Shown: positions 15,097 to 28,094, counted from the first letter of the stretch. The stretch is DNA of 64,000 nt from Eledone cirrhosa (GCA_964016885.1 OZ024743.1:180668001-180732000), one strand, 5' to 3'. The notes: generated from the letters alone by a model not told the origin. Made by a program: numbers and translations.

Positions 15097-15472
15097 AATA
15101 TAAATACAGCGAGAATCGCTTTTGTGCGGGTAGAAAAAGCGAAACGAAACGCAAAATCAGAGTTATGGTGGCAAGCGCTCCATAGTTAAAAAACCAGAGC
15201 TAAACATATATGTTAAACATTATACATATTTCAAGGGCCACCAAGGCAAACTATGGTGCGCTTTCATCAGATAAAATATAATAGAGGTTAGTTTTATAAA
15301 TAAATATTGACATACCCTGAGAAAATGCAACCATTCTGGTTGAAATCTCCTGGATAAATATAGTTTCCATTTGTTAATATATTGTATATTTACTCCATTA
15401 ATTTGTTGAGTGCTTTATATCAGTTATAAAAATATTTTGCTTGTTGTATCCCAACAAATTAAATATAACCTC

Positions 15473-15522
<50 letters not shown>

Positions 15523-16579
15523 TCACAAGAATCAAAGCTATGTTCAAAGCATTTAATCACTTACAATTGTTTCATCCAAACCTAGGCTTGGTGTCTTCGG
15601 ACCATTTTTCAATGTTTGTATACATAATTCACCTCCTTTCCAACGCAAGAGACTTACAGATACATATGTATATATTGATGTACAGTGGAGTGACATATAT
15701 AATATTATATTATTACTGTATAGCAATTCAAAATCAAAATTAAAATTAAAACAAAACTAAAACAAAATTAAAATACATTCAGCAGTTAACATAGATAATG
15801 CAAAAGGATAGTTCGTTAGTCAGGTGTAGTAGTTAGTGTATGCGTTAGTTACACGTGGGGCATGCACGTGTGTCTCATTTATATATGATTATTGTGTGGC
15901 AGGGTGTTACATGTAATACAAGCACTTTAAGCGGGTAAGTAAGAGTATTACGGATGTTGTAGTGGTAAGGTATTTTTTGTATATAATAAAAAAGTATGTG
16001 TGCAGAAAAATAAAAATAAACAGGAGAATCAAAAGAAAGTTATGGTTTTCGTATCCACCACCATTTTCACATTCAGGAAAAGAAAATAATAGTTTATACA
16101 TCCATCACATAAGTAACAATGATTCCGTATTGGATATTTGATGCATTAAATTAAATTATTTTAGCTTATTGCGGCTATAGAATAGGTTGATTCTGCTACG
16201 AGAATTTACATCGGTTTATTATCCGGAAGTATGTCTATTAATGAATTCAAAACAAGTAGTAAAATTATTGTGCATGCGGACAAAACTAATAACATATACA
16301 GCCTAGATTATGATACATATAGAAAGTTTATATATAATGAACTACATAAGCGCTACAAGAAAACTACTATGAAAAACTTAGAAGAAATTAATATAGAAGG
16401 CCGTAGTATAGTGTCCAAACTGGGACTTCAGAGACATACACAACCATACACCCCCAAACCCCTCTAGATTCTCTCTGAAGAACCATAAGGAGGATTTCAT
16501 TAGCAACCCCTCGATTAGACTAATCTGAATAATTAGACTAAGTGAATAAATGCTTTGAACATAGCTTTGATTCTTGTGA

Positions 16580-16644
<65 letters not shown>

Positions 16645-16973
16645 AGGATGAACATAAAATATATATATATGTAGAGGTTATATTTAATTTGTTGGGATAC
16701 AACAAGCAAAATATTTTTATAACTGATATAAAGCACTCAACAAATTATTGGAGTAAATATACAATATATTAACAAATGGAAACTATATCTATCCAGGAGA
16801 TTCCAACCAGGATGGTTGCATTTTCTCAGGGTATGTCAATATTTATTTATAAAACTAACCTCTATTATATTTTATCTGATGAAAGCGCACGATAGTTTGC
16901 CTTGGTGGCTCTTGAAATATGTATAATGAAATAAATATGGTTTTATAAATATAGTTTCCATTTGTTAATATAT

Positions 16974-16980
<7 letters not shown>
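15093..16980 (+). mobile_element. Internally deleted second copy of the 9815-15037 structure
   Basis: 15093-16527 repeats 9815-11315 directly, with the same inverted-end/ORF junction. 16535-16980 repeats about 14650-15037. Confidence 0.88.
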
Positions 16981-17005
<25 letters not shown>

Positions 17006-17006
17006 C

Positions 17007-17056
<50 letters not shown>

Positions 17057-17137
17057 TTGCCACCGCCTCGGTGATCTAGATCTATTTTGTTTTACCCTGA
17101 ATTATGCTCTTTATATATGTTTTAGAAAGGCATTTTT

Positions 17138-17410
17138 GTGGCTCACGTGTGGCCGAGTGGAAAGGGACTTGGACTTACGATCATAATGTTGTTTGTCCGA
17201 TTCCTGAGCTGGGTTGCGTGTTGTGTTCTTGAGCAAAACACTTCATTTCACATTGCTCCAATATACGCAGCTGAAAATGCGTACCAGCAATGGCTGGGTG
17301 TTTAGCCCTGCAATGGACTGACGTCCTGTCCAGAGGCTGCCTTGTACACTCAGTCGCTTCACACAACGAAACCGGGATAAGTACCGACCTAACGAGTCTT
17401 CTGACACAAG
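17138..17410 (+). mobile_element. tRNA-derived SINE with CORE-like central domain
   Basis: A-box-like tggccgagtgg, B-box-like gtccgattcc, and ttgtgttcttgagcaaaacactt core. Homologous copy at 63415-63660. Confidence 0.75.
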
Positions 17411-17688
17411 ACAGTCTTTTTATGGACCTTTTACGTAACCATAAATCTTCGGGACTTTGCTTTTGATGTTGCACGTTACAGGTACTAGTTTCACTGTTTG
17501 AATTAGATTCGCAATATTTATGTGGTTGAATAGTTTGTACGGAAATTCATAATATGGTTTTGAATTGTCGCGATTTTTTTTAATCAGAGCAACGTCAAGT
17601 TCACAAGTTATAGACCCAGGAGGATGACTTAAAGTTCAAACCGTTCTGTAATTTCAACTCTCATTTCGACTTAGAAACAATATCAAGT

Positions 17689-17727
<39 letters not shown>

Positions 17728-18254
17728 CCCACACACACACCTGATACATACGTGTTTTACGGACAGCGAAATTATGAAATGCCACGTTAAACACGTAAAC
17801 AGATATAGCTAGATATTACAGTGTATATATTTAGACCAGCACACAGCCTCCTGGCATCTCACATATTTAACAAAAAGAAAATATTAAAAGAAGAAAAGCC
17901 AAACTAATAAAATTGTTGTATTGTGTGTGTGTATATGTGTTTGTGTGTGTGTTTACCTATTTTGTAATTTCATGTTATTGGTTACTTTATATATTTATCC
18001 AATACCAACTAATATGTGCAGTCATGTTAACAATGAACAGTAGTTTAATAAATTCCTTTTTTTAAATCTTTTCGTTTAGATCCAGATAATTTTCTCCAAA
18101 CCACGCCAGCATGTTATGTAACAGGACGTAATGGCCGAGTGAATTAACATGTATGTCTATAGGGAATAGGAACACAGAAAGTGGCTGGCTAGATATCAAT
18201 GTGTGTACAAGTGTGTTCATTGAATCTATCAAATATGTTAAAGTGTCCATACCT

Positions 18255-18405
18255 ATATATCATATATATGTACAAATACATATATATATATATATATGAG
18301 CGTGTGTATGTATGTCGATGTATATATATATATATATGTGTGTATATATATATGTATACATATACATATATATATATACACATATATATATAGACACACA
18401 CACAC

Positions 18406-18453
<48 letters not shown>

Positions 18454-18463
18454 TATGTATATA

Positions 18464-18549
<86 letters not shown>

Positions 18550-18550
18550 A

Positions 18551-18584
<34 letters not shown>

Positions 18585-18667
18585 CGTGCTATTTCCAACT
18601 TCACCTTTTCTCTATATCCACTAATTTGTATAGAATCCACACTTCACTTTTCTATTATATATATATG

Positions 18668-18738
<71 letters not shown>

Positions 18739-19148
18739 ATGTATATATTATATATATATATAGGAAGATATATATATATACATATGCATATATATATAGA
18801 CATATATTAAATACATATATATTATATGTTATATATATTATATATATATACATATGTATATATATATATATATATGTATAGACATATATTAAATATATAT
18901 ATTATATGTTATATATATTATATATATATACATATGTATATATATGTATATATATATATATATATACATATTATATATATATATACATATATATATACAT
19001 ATATTATATATATTATATATATATATACATATATTATATATTATGTTATATATATATAATATATATATATTATATATATATTATATATATTATATATATA
19101 TATATTATATATAATATATACATATATGTATATGTATATATATATATG

Positions 19149-19184
<36 letters not shown>

Positions 19185-19210
19185 CATATATATATACATA
19201 TATATATATA
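18255..19210. repeat. Compound (TA)n/(TAT)/(TG) microsatellite region
   Basis: Direct reading. It continues at 19400-19742. Confidence 0.95.
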
Positions 19211-19225
19211 TTTCACTATGTATTA

Positions 19226-19303
19226 AATTGCCTAGCCCGACGAACGAATGAGGACGTTTTTCATATTCGTCTTATTCGGGAAACCTCTGGTAATGAGGTA
19301 ATT
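19226..19303 (+). ncRNA. Type I hammerhead ribozyme, U4C core variant, in a ~190-bp islet within (TA)n
   Basis: AATTGCCTAGC-CCGACGA-ACGAATGAGGACG..CGTCTTATTCGG-GAAA-CC tct GG-TA-ATGAGGTAATT. Homologous to 39785-39862. Stem I is partly decayed here. Confidence 0.65.
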
Positions 19304-19421
19304 ATATTGTATTGTTTATTTTACATTAAATCTTGCTCTGGTACTTACATAGAGCACTCTTCACTCCTATGACTTTTTCAATTTTCAACGGAAACTTCAA
19401 TATATATATATTATATATATA

Positions 19422-19489
<68 letters not shown>

Positions 19490-20269
19490 ATATATATATA
19501 TATTATATATATATATATTATATATATATATATTATATATATATATATTATATATATATATATATTATATATATATATATTATATATACATATTATATAT
19601 ATATATATATATATTATATATGTATATATTATATATATATATATAGGAATATATATATATATATATGCATATGTATATATATATACATATATTATATATA
19701 TATATTATATGTTATACATATTATATATATATATATATATGTGTATGTTTTGAAACAGTGAGCAGGTTTGAAATTAGAAAATAGAATAGCTTTCACCGTA
19801 TTTTTGACTAAAGGAATTTTAGCCTGATAATGGGGTTAGAACCCTCAGATGAATTGAAAAAGAGCAGTATTGACGTATATATATATATATGTGTGTGTGT
19901 GTGTATGTATCTATATAGCCTACAGTCTTCTTATGTGGACCATTCTCCACTCCACCCTCTCCAAAATCCGCACCATAGACCACAGCCTCCCCCAAACCTT
20001 TCTTCTCCTCTGGTCCACCTGCCAACCCTTCCTCGCTCATTGTATTCTCTTTTTCCAATACCACAACCGCGAACTTTTGTCTTACCCCACCACCTCCAAA
20101 ACTCCACAAATAAAATTCCCTTCTTCGCCCCACTCACACGCCCAACTACCCCTCTCTTACACACCCATCACCACGACACACCCGTCCATATCACCGCCAC
20201 CACCTACTCCACACCAAGCGCCTCCATCCTCAACCCAAACCCGCCCACACAACCCTCCTCCCACCCATC

Positions 20270-20731
20270 CATCAATTTTTGTCACACACTCTAAAATTCC
20301 TCTCTCCGGATCTGAGTGTTCCCTTCTCTGAAGGGGCCTGGACTTTGCCCACACTACTTACAACGACGAATTTTGCACTCGAGTGGACAATGAGCGATTC
20401 CTGCACCACATTAAACTGTAGGGCATTTCCACGGCACACCACCGGCTCCGAAATACCCGGACCACTTCGAGGCTCTGGGCAAGCGTCAATCACATTTTTT
20501 ACGCCAGCACCTGGACAGTTCAGTACCGTGGACGTATTTATCAACCCCCACTTCCAAATGCTGGAACACTCACTTACCACCCACAACTTTCTTAGCAACT
20601 TTTTCCAAAACTTTCATGTACCTACCTGTTCTTACCCTATCCTAACTCACCACTTCCTGGTGAAGGACTTCCGTCCGAAGCGCCGAACCCAACTCCACTT
20701 CCTCCTAAGCGTGATACTAATGCGACTTTGA
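20270..20731 (+). pseudogene. Decayed N-terminal region of a PLE ORF
   Basis: Manual frames KIPLSGSECSLL*RGLDFAHT..DEF..RVDNERFLHHIKL and FTPAPGQFSTVDVFI resemble ISAQQVKILSKGLKFTPT..DISHFCRKLRL..YNPTKGRNRVLDKFC of ORF 5514-6530. Confidence 0.6.
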
Positions 20732-20743
20732 TTTGTTCAAATA

Positions 20744-20780
<37 letters not shown>

Positions 20781-21431
20781 ATACTTTGGGAGGGTCATGT
20801 TGCCAATAATTTATATATATATAATTATATATATATAATTATATATATATAATTGGAAATCAGTAAAATCGAATCTCTGGCGGTTTGCAAGTAAATTCGG
20901 CCTACTTATATGAAGTGATGAGTTAGCAAAGCACTCGATAAGATAGGTCTCAGAGTTATAACATACGTTTAAATAGCTTGACAAATCGAATATTGTGGTA
21001 GGCTAAACTAACACACAATATATACCAAAGGAACGATAGAACTAATCTGGTTGAGAAAAATACATCTGGACAAATCAAACGGTCATACGTCTAAAATGTT
21101 TCTCTGAATCCGAAATCAAATATCAGACTTACTTGAATGGCAAGATCGTGGTATTGGTGACAGAGGACTCAGTTTATCAACAGATTTTCGTTCTGCTTAG
21201 AATCAGGAGTGATAAAATATGTTGCCGCTCGTATGGCTGCTAATGTAATCTATAGTTATCACGTGTTAATTCCGGCAATATATATATATATATATAACTT
21301 AAAATTTAGGTGTGTTGTGTTGAGGCAAATAACTATGTGTATACTCTGGTAATGTATCTTACATTGCCCATTGAGTGCGCTGAGATACAACCGGTACTGG
21401 CATTGATAAATATGCTGGGTCCGTCAACCAT

Positions 21432-21488
<57 letters not shown>

Positions 21489-21526
21489 AATAGAGACAGA
21501 GAGATGAATATATATATATATATAAT

Positions 21527-21605
21527 TGTTTCTACTTTTGGCACAAGGCCAGCAATTACCCAGTGCATTACTGGTACTTTATTTTATCGACCCTGTAAGG
21601 ATGAA
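21527..21605 (-). mobile_element. 3' fragment of an abundant tRNA-SINE
   Basis: Near identical to 43560-43640 (ggcacaaggccagcaattacccagtgcattactggtactttattttatcgac). Confidence 0.75.
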
Positions 21606-22009
21606 TATATATATATATATAATAACTAGAGGTTGATTAACATATAAATAAACATGAATAATCACAGGAGATAATTTTTACAAGTGTGTAACCACACATA
21701 ACTAGGTAGGTAACTGAATAAGGTTGACCAGAACTTGAAAAATAGATACCATATAATACGTATATATGTACATATATATATATATATTTCGTTTCTGAAT
21801 TTGTTTAGCAAGATTCTTTATCTGAAATCGTGTGTTGAGACCGATATTGTTATACTTTGGGAGGGTCATGTTGCCAATAAGAAACACACGCACCAGTTGC
21901 TTTCACTTCAATTTATTATATATTTATAAATTTATAAATTTACAAATCTACAAACTTATAAATTTCTGGTTGGTTGGTTGGTTCCACAACCAGATAGTTG
22001 TTTATATAT

Positions 22010-22054
22010 AGTCATAGTCCTTTCGTCACACACTCTGTGACCTCTTCAGTGACT
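22010..22054 (-). ncRNA. Minimal type I hammerhead ribozyme in PLE 3' end
   Basis: Mirror copy of 27224-27268. Confidence 0.75.
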
Positions 22055-22262
22055 GGGGATTCCTTTCTTTGTTTCTGTGCCTTTCCTTTCTTCTGTCCTA
22101 CGCCATTTTGTTTCTGTGTGTGTGTTGTGTGCTCAGTTTGCGCATGCGCCACATCCTGGTGTCTGTGTGTGTTTGTGTTCATTTATCTATTTGTTTATTT
22201 ATTTATTTATTTATTGTTGGTTGGTTGTTTGTTCTATGTGTGTGTGTGTTTTCATTTTGTCC

Positions 22263-24633
22263 TTAATTGTAAGTTGTGATGTTGCTGTTCCACTCATATT
22301 TTCTATTTAATTTTGGTTGTAATTCTTTTATGCTTACTGCCTCTGTAATTTACCTAAACATTGCATCTTTTCTGTGTGTGGATTCTATTTTTATTTCTAT
22401 GTTCTCTAATTTACCCCTGTGTTCTATCTTAGCATGTTGGTAGAGCACAGATGATTCTTTACTATCTTGAAGGTCTCGCCAGTGTTCATTTATTCGTTCC
22501 CCTATACTACGAGCTGTCTCACCTATGTACACTATATTTTTGTTTCTACATTGTCCTTCAGTACATCTTATGCTATACACTACATTTCTAGTTTTACAGT
22601 TAATATGGGGGCTTATTTTACAGGTTATACATTTCTTATCTATACATGAGGTTCTTTGGAACGGGTATGTCTTGCTAATAAGTGTTTTTACGGAGGTAAC
22701 TGGTCTTTCTACTATCTTAATATTGAGTTTATGTTTATTTAGGGCCCTTCTAAATTTGTAGGCTAGTTCGCCTCTAGGGGTTGTATTGATGAACATTACA
22801 CTCTGGTATTTATTGCTATCATACCATGAGTTTATTCTATTGGCCTTGTTCCTAGTTCTTTCTATTCTATTCCAAAATTTGCTCCTATACAAGGGGCAGG
22901 TCCCATTTATGTCATTATTTACCATTTTTTCCCATTTGGTTCTGGCTCCTCTATACACTCTGATTCTATCTCTCTGATTGTAGCCAGAGAACTGCATACG
23001 GTGGATGAAGTGTTGTATGTGTCTCTCTAGTTCTTCGGGGTTGCACATGCGGGACACATTTCTCATCACCCGTACCAAATCCGCAATCAGTATGTTGATT
23101 TTGGTATGGTCCGAAATGGCCGAGTTTCGGTGGATCAGATGTTTGGAAGTCATGGGTTTGGCATAATGGGAATGGAGGATTTGTTTTTGGTTGTTAATGG
23201 TATCTAACCAGAGCTCTGAGTCTAGTACAGGTAATCGATGGTTGGGGTGTCTACTTGGGTAGTCTATAGTAACTCTAATGCTCTGGTGGATGGAGTTTGC
23301 TATTTGCTGGATGCTTTCCATTGTGTTTTTCTCTATTGCTGACTGTTCTTTAGTGGGGGTGTCTTAACTACGATGTTTATATCATCTACGTAGCGGGAGT
23401 ACATTATCAGGGTTAAGCTGTCTTCTAATTGTTCTTTAAGTTTTTGTTTAAGTCTACTGTCCCACCATACCATGAATAAGTTAGCTATGTCGCCTGCAAT
23501 GCTAACACCAATGGCTGCTCCTTCCTCTTGGGCATATGTTTTACCATTAAATTTGAACATATGTTCCTTAAGGGTTAATTTTATGCTGGCCCCTACCGCA
23601 TGTGCAATCATTTTCTTCAGTTCATCGTGGTTTTCGGGTGTCCGTGTGGCTCTGGTCCCCCCGTTCCATCTATCTGTGTGGGTTTTCTTGGCCATTGAGG
23701 TAATGGTAGGTGGTATGCCTCTTGCTGGTCTTGTAGGGCACAGGTTGCTAAGGTCATAAGTGTCTAGGTAACTATTACTATGGGTAAGCTTAAGTAGAAG
23801 TCCCAGCTCACTGGTATCAATCCCACGGAACTCAACCTTGCTCTCGCTGATCATTTCTACGCATTTCTCCACAGCAAAATCCACGTCAATAGATGGATAC
23901 AGGGACACAACATCCATACTGCCTATTATGCAGTTTGTTAGGTCCCCAGATCGGTTACTCGCGCCGATTCTGCTGAGGAGGTCCTCCGTGCTGTCACATA
24001 CATCTGGGGACTTCTCAATGATGGGGCGTATGATCAGGGAGAGGAAGTAGGACAGTCTGTAGTTACTAGCAATGTTAGCTCCACAGACTGGCCGTGTTGG
24101 TGGTCCCACGACAGGGTCACAGCCCGTTTTATGGTCTTTTCGAAGCCCATACAACGCCGGCACGTCATTGTTCCAGGCCTGGAAGTTGTTGGCAGTCCTT
24201 TTGTTGGGCTGCATTATATTCGTCCACATCACCATATGGGCATTGAGGGCTTTTTCTCTATCCTCATGCTCCTGTGGTGTTACCTCTCTTGTGTTAGTGA
24301 TGTGGGGTTGCATTGCCTGGATGTAGTTTGGCAGGCTGTCAACCGACATTCTGCCAGACTTGTCTGTTGGAAAGCATGCTATCTCTCCATTACGTGAGCG
24401 CTGCATGAGCTTACACAAGCCATTTGCAGATGTTGTCTCCCAGTTGCTGGGCCTCTATTCTATTATGCTTCTTGCTATACTGTTCTATAATATTTCTAAG
24501 TTCGGATTTAGCTATACTAAATTGTGCTTCTGTTTGTTCATCGACCTGCGACGGCAACTGCGTGCGTTTGTTAAATGGTAAAGTCGTGGCGTGGACTCGT
24601 CGCAGGTCGAATGATTTATCGGAGGGATTATAA
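22263..24633 (-). pseudogene. PLE RT-GIY-YIG, left arm (frameshifts and stop)
   Basis: ORFs 23333-24418 and 22350-23321 match the 764-aa right-arm ORF almost exactly. Confidence 0.93.
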
Positions 24634-24724
24634 AGATTATATAATCCCTTATAATCCCTCCGATAAATCATTCGACTAGCGACGAGTCCACGCCACGACT
24701 TTACCATTTAACAAACGCACGCAG

Positions 24725-27019
24725 TTGCCGTCGCAGGTCGATGAACAAACAGAAGCACAATTTAGTATAGCTAAATCCGAACTTAGAAATATTATAGAAC
24801 AGTATAGCAAGAAGCATAATAGAATAGAGGCCCAGCAACTGGGAGAAAAATCTACAAATGGCTTGCGTAAGCTCATGCAGCGCTCGCGTAATGGAGAGAT
24901 AGCATGCTTTCCAACAGACAAGTCTGGCAGAATGTCGGTTGACAGCCTGCCAAACTACATCCAGGCAATGCAACCCCACATGACTAACACAAGCGAGGTA
25001 ACACCACAGGAGCATGAGGATAGAGAAAAAGCCCTTAATGCCCATATGGTGATGTGGACGAATATAATGCAGCCCAACAAAAGGACTGCCAACAACTTCC
25101 AGGCCTGGAACAATGACGTGCCGGCGTTGTATGAGCTTCGAAAAGACCATAAAACGGGCTGTGACCCTGTCGCGGGACCACCAACACGGCCAGTCTGTGG
25201 AGCTAACATTGCTAGTAACTACAGACTGTCCTACTTCCTCTCCCTGATCATACGCCCCATCATTGAGATATCCCCAGATGTAAGTGACAGCACGGAGGAC
25301 TTCCTCAGCAGAATCGGCGCGAGTAACCGATCTGGGGACCTAACAAACTGCATAATAGGCAGTATGGATGTTGTGTCCCTGTATCCATCTATTGACGTGG
25401 ATTTTGCTGTGGAGAAATGCGTAGAAATGATCAGCGAGAGCAAGGTTGAGTTTCGTGGGATTGATACCAGTGAGCTGGGACATCTACTTAAGCTTACCCA
25501 TAGTAATAGTTACCTAGACACTTATGACCTTAGCAACCTGTGCCCTACAAGACCAGCAAGAGGCAGACCACCTACCATTACCTCAATGGCCAAGAAAACC
25601 CACACAGATAGATGGAACGGGTGGACCAGAGCCACACGGACACCCGAAAACCACGATGAACTGAAGAAAATGATTGCACATGCGGTAGGGGCCAGCATAA
25701 AATTAACCCTTAAGGAACATATGTGCAAATTTAATGGTAAAACATATGCCCAAGAGGAAGGAGCAGCCATTGGTGTTAGCATTGCAGGCGACATAGCTAA
25801 CTTATTCATGGTATGGTGGGACAGTAGACTTAAACAAAAACTTAAAGAACAATTAGAAGACAGCTTAACCCTGATAATGTACTCCCGCTACGTAGATGAT
25901 ATAAACATCGTAGTTAAGACACCCCCACTAAAGAACAGTCAGGAACTAGAGAAAAACACAATAGAAAGCATCCAGCAAATAGCAAATTCCATCCACCAGA
26001 GCATTAGAGTTACTATAGACTACCAAAGTAGACACCCCAACCATCGATTACCTGTACTAGACACAGAGCTCTGGTTAGATACCATTAACAACCAAAAACA
26101 AATCCTCCATTCCCATTATGCCAAACCCATGACTTCCAAACATCTGATCCACCGAAACTCGGCCATTTCGGACCATACCAAAATCAACATACTGATTGCG
26201 GATTTGGTACGGGTGATGAGAAATGTGTCCCGCATGTGCAACCCCGAAGAACTTGAGAGACACATACAACACTTCATCCACCGTATGCAGTTCTTTGGCT
26301 ACAATCAGAGAGATAGAATCAGAGTGTATAGAAGAGCCAGAACCAAATGGGAAAAAATGGTAAATAATGACATAAATGGGACCTGCCCCTTGTATAGGAG
26401 CAAATTTTGGAATAGAATAGAAAGAACTAGGAACAAGGCCAATAGAATAAACTCATGGTATGATAGCAATAAATACCAGAGTGTAATGTTCATCAATACA
26501 ACCCCTAGAGGTGAACTAGCCTACAAATTTAGAAGGGCCCTAAATAAACATAAACTCAATATTAAGATAGTAGAAAGACCAGGTACCTCCGTAAAAACAC
26601 TTATTAGCAAGACATACCCGTTCCAAAGAACCTCATGTATAGATAAGAAATGTATAACCTGTAAAATAAGCCCCCATATTAACTGTAAAACTAGAAATGT
26701 AGTGTATAGCATAAGATGTACTGAAGGACAATGTAGAAACAAAAATACAGTGTACATAGGTGAGACAGCTCGTAGTATAGGGGAACGAATAAATGAACAC
26801 TGGCGAGACCTTCAAGATAATAAAGAATCATCTGTGCTCTACCAACATGCTAAGATAGAACACAGGGGTAAATTAGAGAACATAGAAATAAAAATAGAAT
26901 CCACACACAGAAAAGATGCAATGTTTAGGCAAATTACAGAGGCAGTAAGCATAAAAGAATTACAACCAAAATTAAATAGAAAATATGAGTGGAACAGCAA
27001 CATCACAACTTACAATTAA
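24725..27019 (+). CDS. PLE reverse transcriptase-GIY-YIG endonuclease, open for 764 aa but 5'-truncated
   Basis: PTDKSGR, LRKDHK, PTRPVCGA, GSMDVVSLYPSID, GAAIG, YSRYVDD, LPVLD, C..KKC..C linker, NVVYSIRC...C...YIGETARSIGERINEH. Confidence 0.93.
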   Translation: MPSQVDEQTEAQFSIAKSELRNIIEQYSKKHNRIEAQQLGEKSTNGLRKLMQRSRNGEIACFPTDKSGRMSVDSLPNYIQAMQPHMTNTSEVTPQEHEDREKALNAHMVMWTNIMQPNKRTANNFQAWNNDVPALYELRKDHKTGCDPVAGPPTRPVCGANIASNYRLSYFLSLIIRPIIEISPDVSDSTEDFLSRIGASNRSGDLTNCIIGSMDVVSLYPSIDVDFAVEKCVEMISESKVEFRGIDTSELGHLLKLTHSNSYLDTYDLSNLCPTRPARGRPPTITSMAKKTHTDRWNGWTRATRTPENHDELKKMIAHAVGASIKLTLKEHMCKFNGKTYAQEEGAAIGVSIAGDIANLFMVWWDSRLKQKLKEQLEDSLTLIMYSRYVDDINIVVKTPPLKNSQELEKNTIESIQQIANSIHQSIRVTIDYQSRHPNHRLPVLDTELWLDTINNQKQILHSHYAKPMTSKHLIHRNSAISDHTKINILIADLVRVMRNVSRMCNPEELERHIQHFIHRMQFFGYNQRDRIRVYRRARTKWEKMVNNDINGTCPLYRSKFWNRIERTRNKANRINSWYDSNKYQSVMFINTTPRGELAYKFRRALNKHKLNIKIVERPGTSVKTLISKTYPFQRTSCIDKKCITCKISPHINCKTRNVVYSIRCTEGQCRNKNTVYIGETARSIGERINEHWRDLQDNKESSVLYQHAKIEHRGKLENIEIKIESTHRKDAMFRQITEAVSIKELQPKLNRKYEWNSNITTYN

Positions 27020-27223
27020 GGACAAAATGAAAACACACACACACATAGAACAAACAACCAATCAACAATAAATAAATAAATAAATAAACAAATAGATAAA
27101 TGAACACAAACACACACAGACACCCGGATGTGGCGCATGCGCAAACTGAGCACACAACACACAGAAACAAAATGGCGTAGGACAGAAGAAAGGAAAGGCA
27201 CAGAAACAAAGAAAGGAATCCCC

Positions 27224-27268
27224 AGTCACTGAAGAGGTCACAGAGTGTGTGACGAAAGGACTATGACT
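27224..27268 (+). ncRNA. Minimal type I hammerhead ribozyme in PLE 3' end
   Basis: AGTCA-CTGAAGA-G GTCAC agagtgt GTGAC-GAAA-GGAC-TA-TGACT. Stem III is almost absent. Confidence 0.75.
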
Positions 27269-27761
27269 ATATATAAACAACTATCTGGTTGTGGAACCAA
27301 CCAACCAACCAGAAATTTATAAGTTTGTAGATTTGTAAATTTATAAATTTATAAATATATAATAAATTGAAGTGAAAGCAACTGGTGCGTGTGTTTCTTA
27401 TTGGCAACATGACCCTCCCAAAGTATAACAATATATATATATATTTATCTCTTTATATCCCCCCCCCTCTCTCTCCCTCTCTATCCATCCCTCCCACCAT
27501 TATCTATTTAATTCTCTTTAACTCACTACACTCCACGACATGATGTCTGCTATCAAAACTGACCAAAGAGTCCTTCCACCTCTACCCCTCCCTCCATCTC
27601 AGTTTGCCATTCTACTTCCTACCTCTTCCCCCTTCCACTCTCTCTCTATACTATGCCGTCTGTCCCCTCACCTCCTGATTCCTCTCTCTCTATACTAGTA
27701 AATACAATTCCAAATAAATGTTTTTCTCTATATATTAAGAATTATTTCAAGAGTAACTCAC

Positions 27762-27863
27762 TATTTTGAAAATTTGGACTGTGAACAACAATTATAATTG
27801 AGTGGCTGCTATTTGCAGTATAGCAATATAAGGTTGCATTTACCAATGAAACGGTCGTAAATA
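27762..27863 (+). ncRNA. Type I hammerhead ribozyme, U3:A8 variant, long stem II (5' pLTR)
   Basis: TATT-TTGAAAA-TTTGG..~65 nt..CCAAT-GAAA-CGGTCG-TA-AATA. Confidence 0.7.
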
Positions 27864-28094
27864 CCTGGATAAAATCCTTCTCTTAATGCTTACCTGTGTT
27901 TTCTCTTTTATACTTTATACTCCAAGATTGAACGGAATTCTTACAAACTTGTGGAGTTACCCCTAACCGTGCGTTGAAACCATCCATGAAACTGGCTTTC
28001 TTAACCAAAAACTGGATCACAATAAGCAATTGTTCGCTTCTCTAACTACAGGCTCCTTATCGGTCGAGCAACCACCTAAACATACGGTACTACT

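Larger units (their letters stand above)
21788..27434. mobile_element. Head-to-head palindromic PLE insertion (~2.8-kb arms, 15-nt spacer 24634-24648)
   Basis: 21844-24633 is the reverse complement of 24649-27434 with scattered differences. Both arms are truncated at the same 5' point. Confidence 0.95.

Noticed and set aside
17138-17215. tRNA genes here and at 63415-63480
   Set aside because: Only degenerate A/B boxes with no cloverleaf, followed by a SINE core.
21709-21750. HHR-like GGTAA-CTGAATA-AGGTT..AACTT-GAAA..TACC as a functional ribozyme
   Set aside because: G8 and the cleavage triplet are lost. At best a relic.
21788-27434. Palindrome as a pure sequencing fold-back artefact
   Set aside because: The arms differ by substitutions, the outer flanks are not mirrored, the ends are asymmetric in a reproducible way and the pattern recurs at other loci. 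Long-read confirmation is still advisable.
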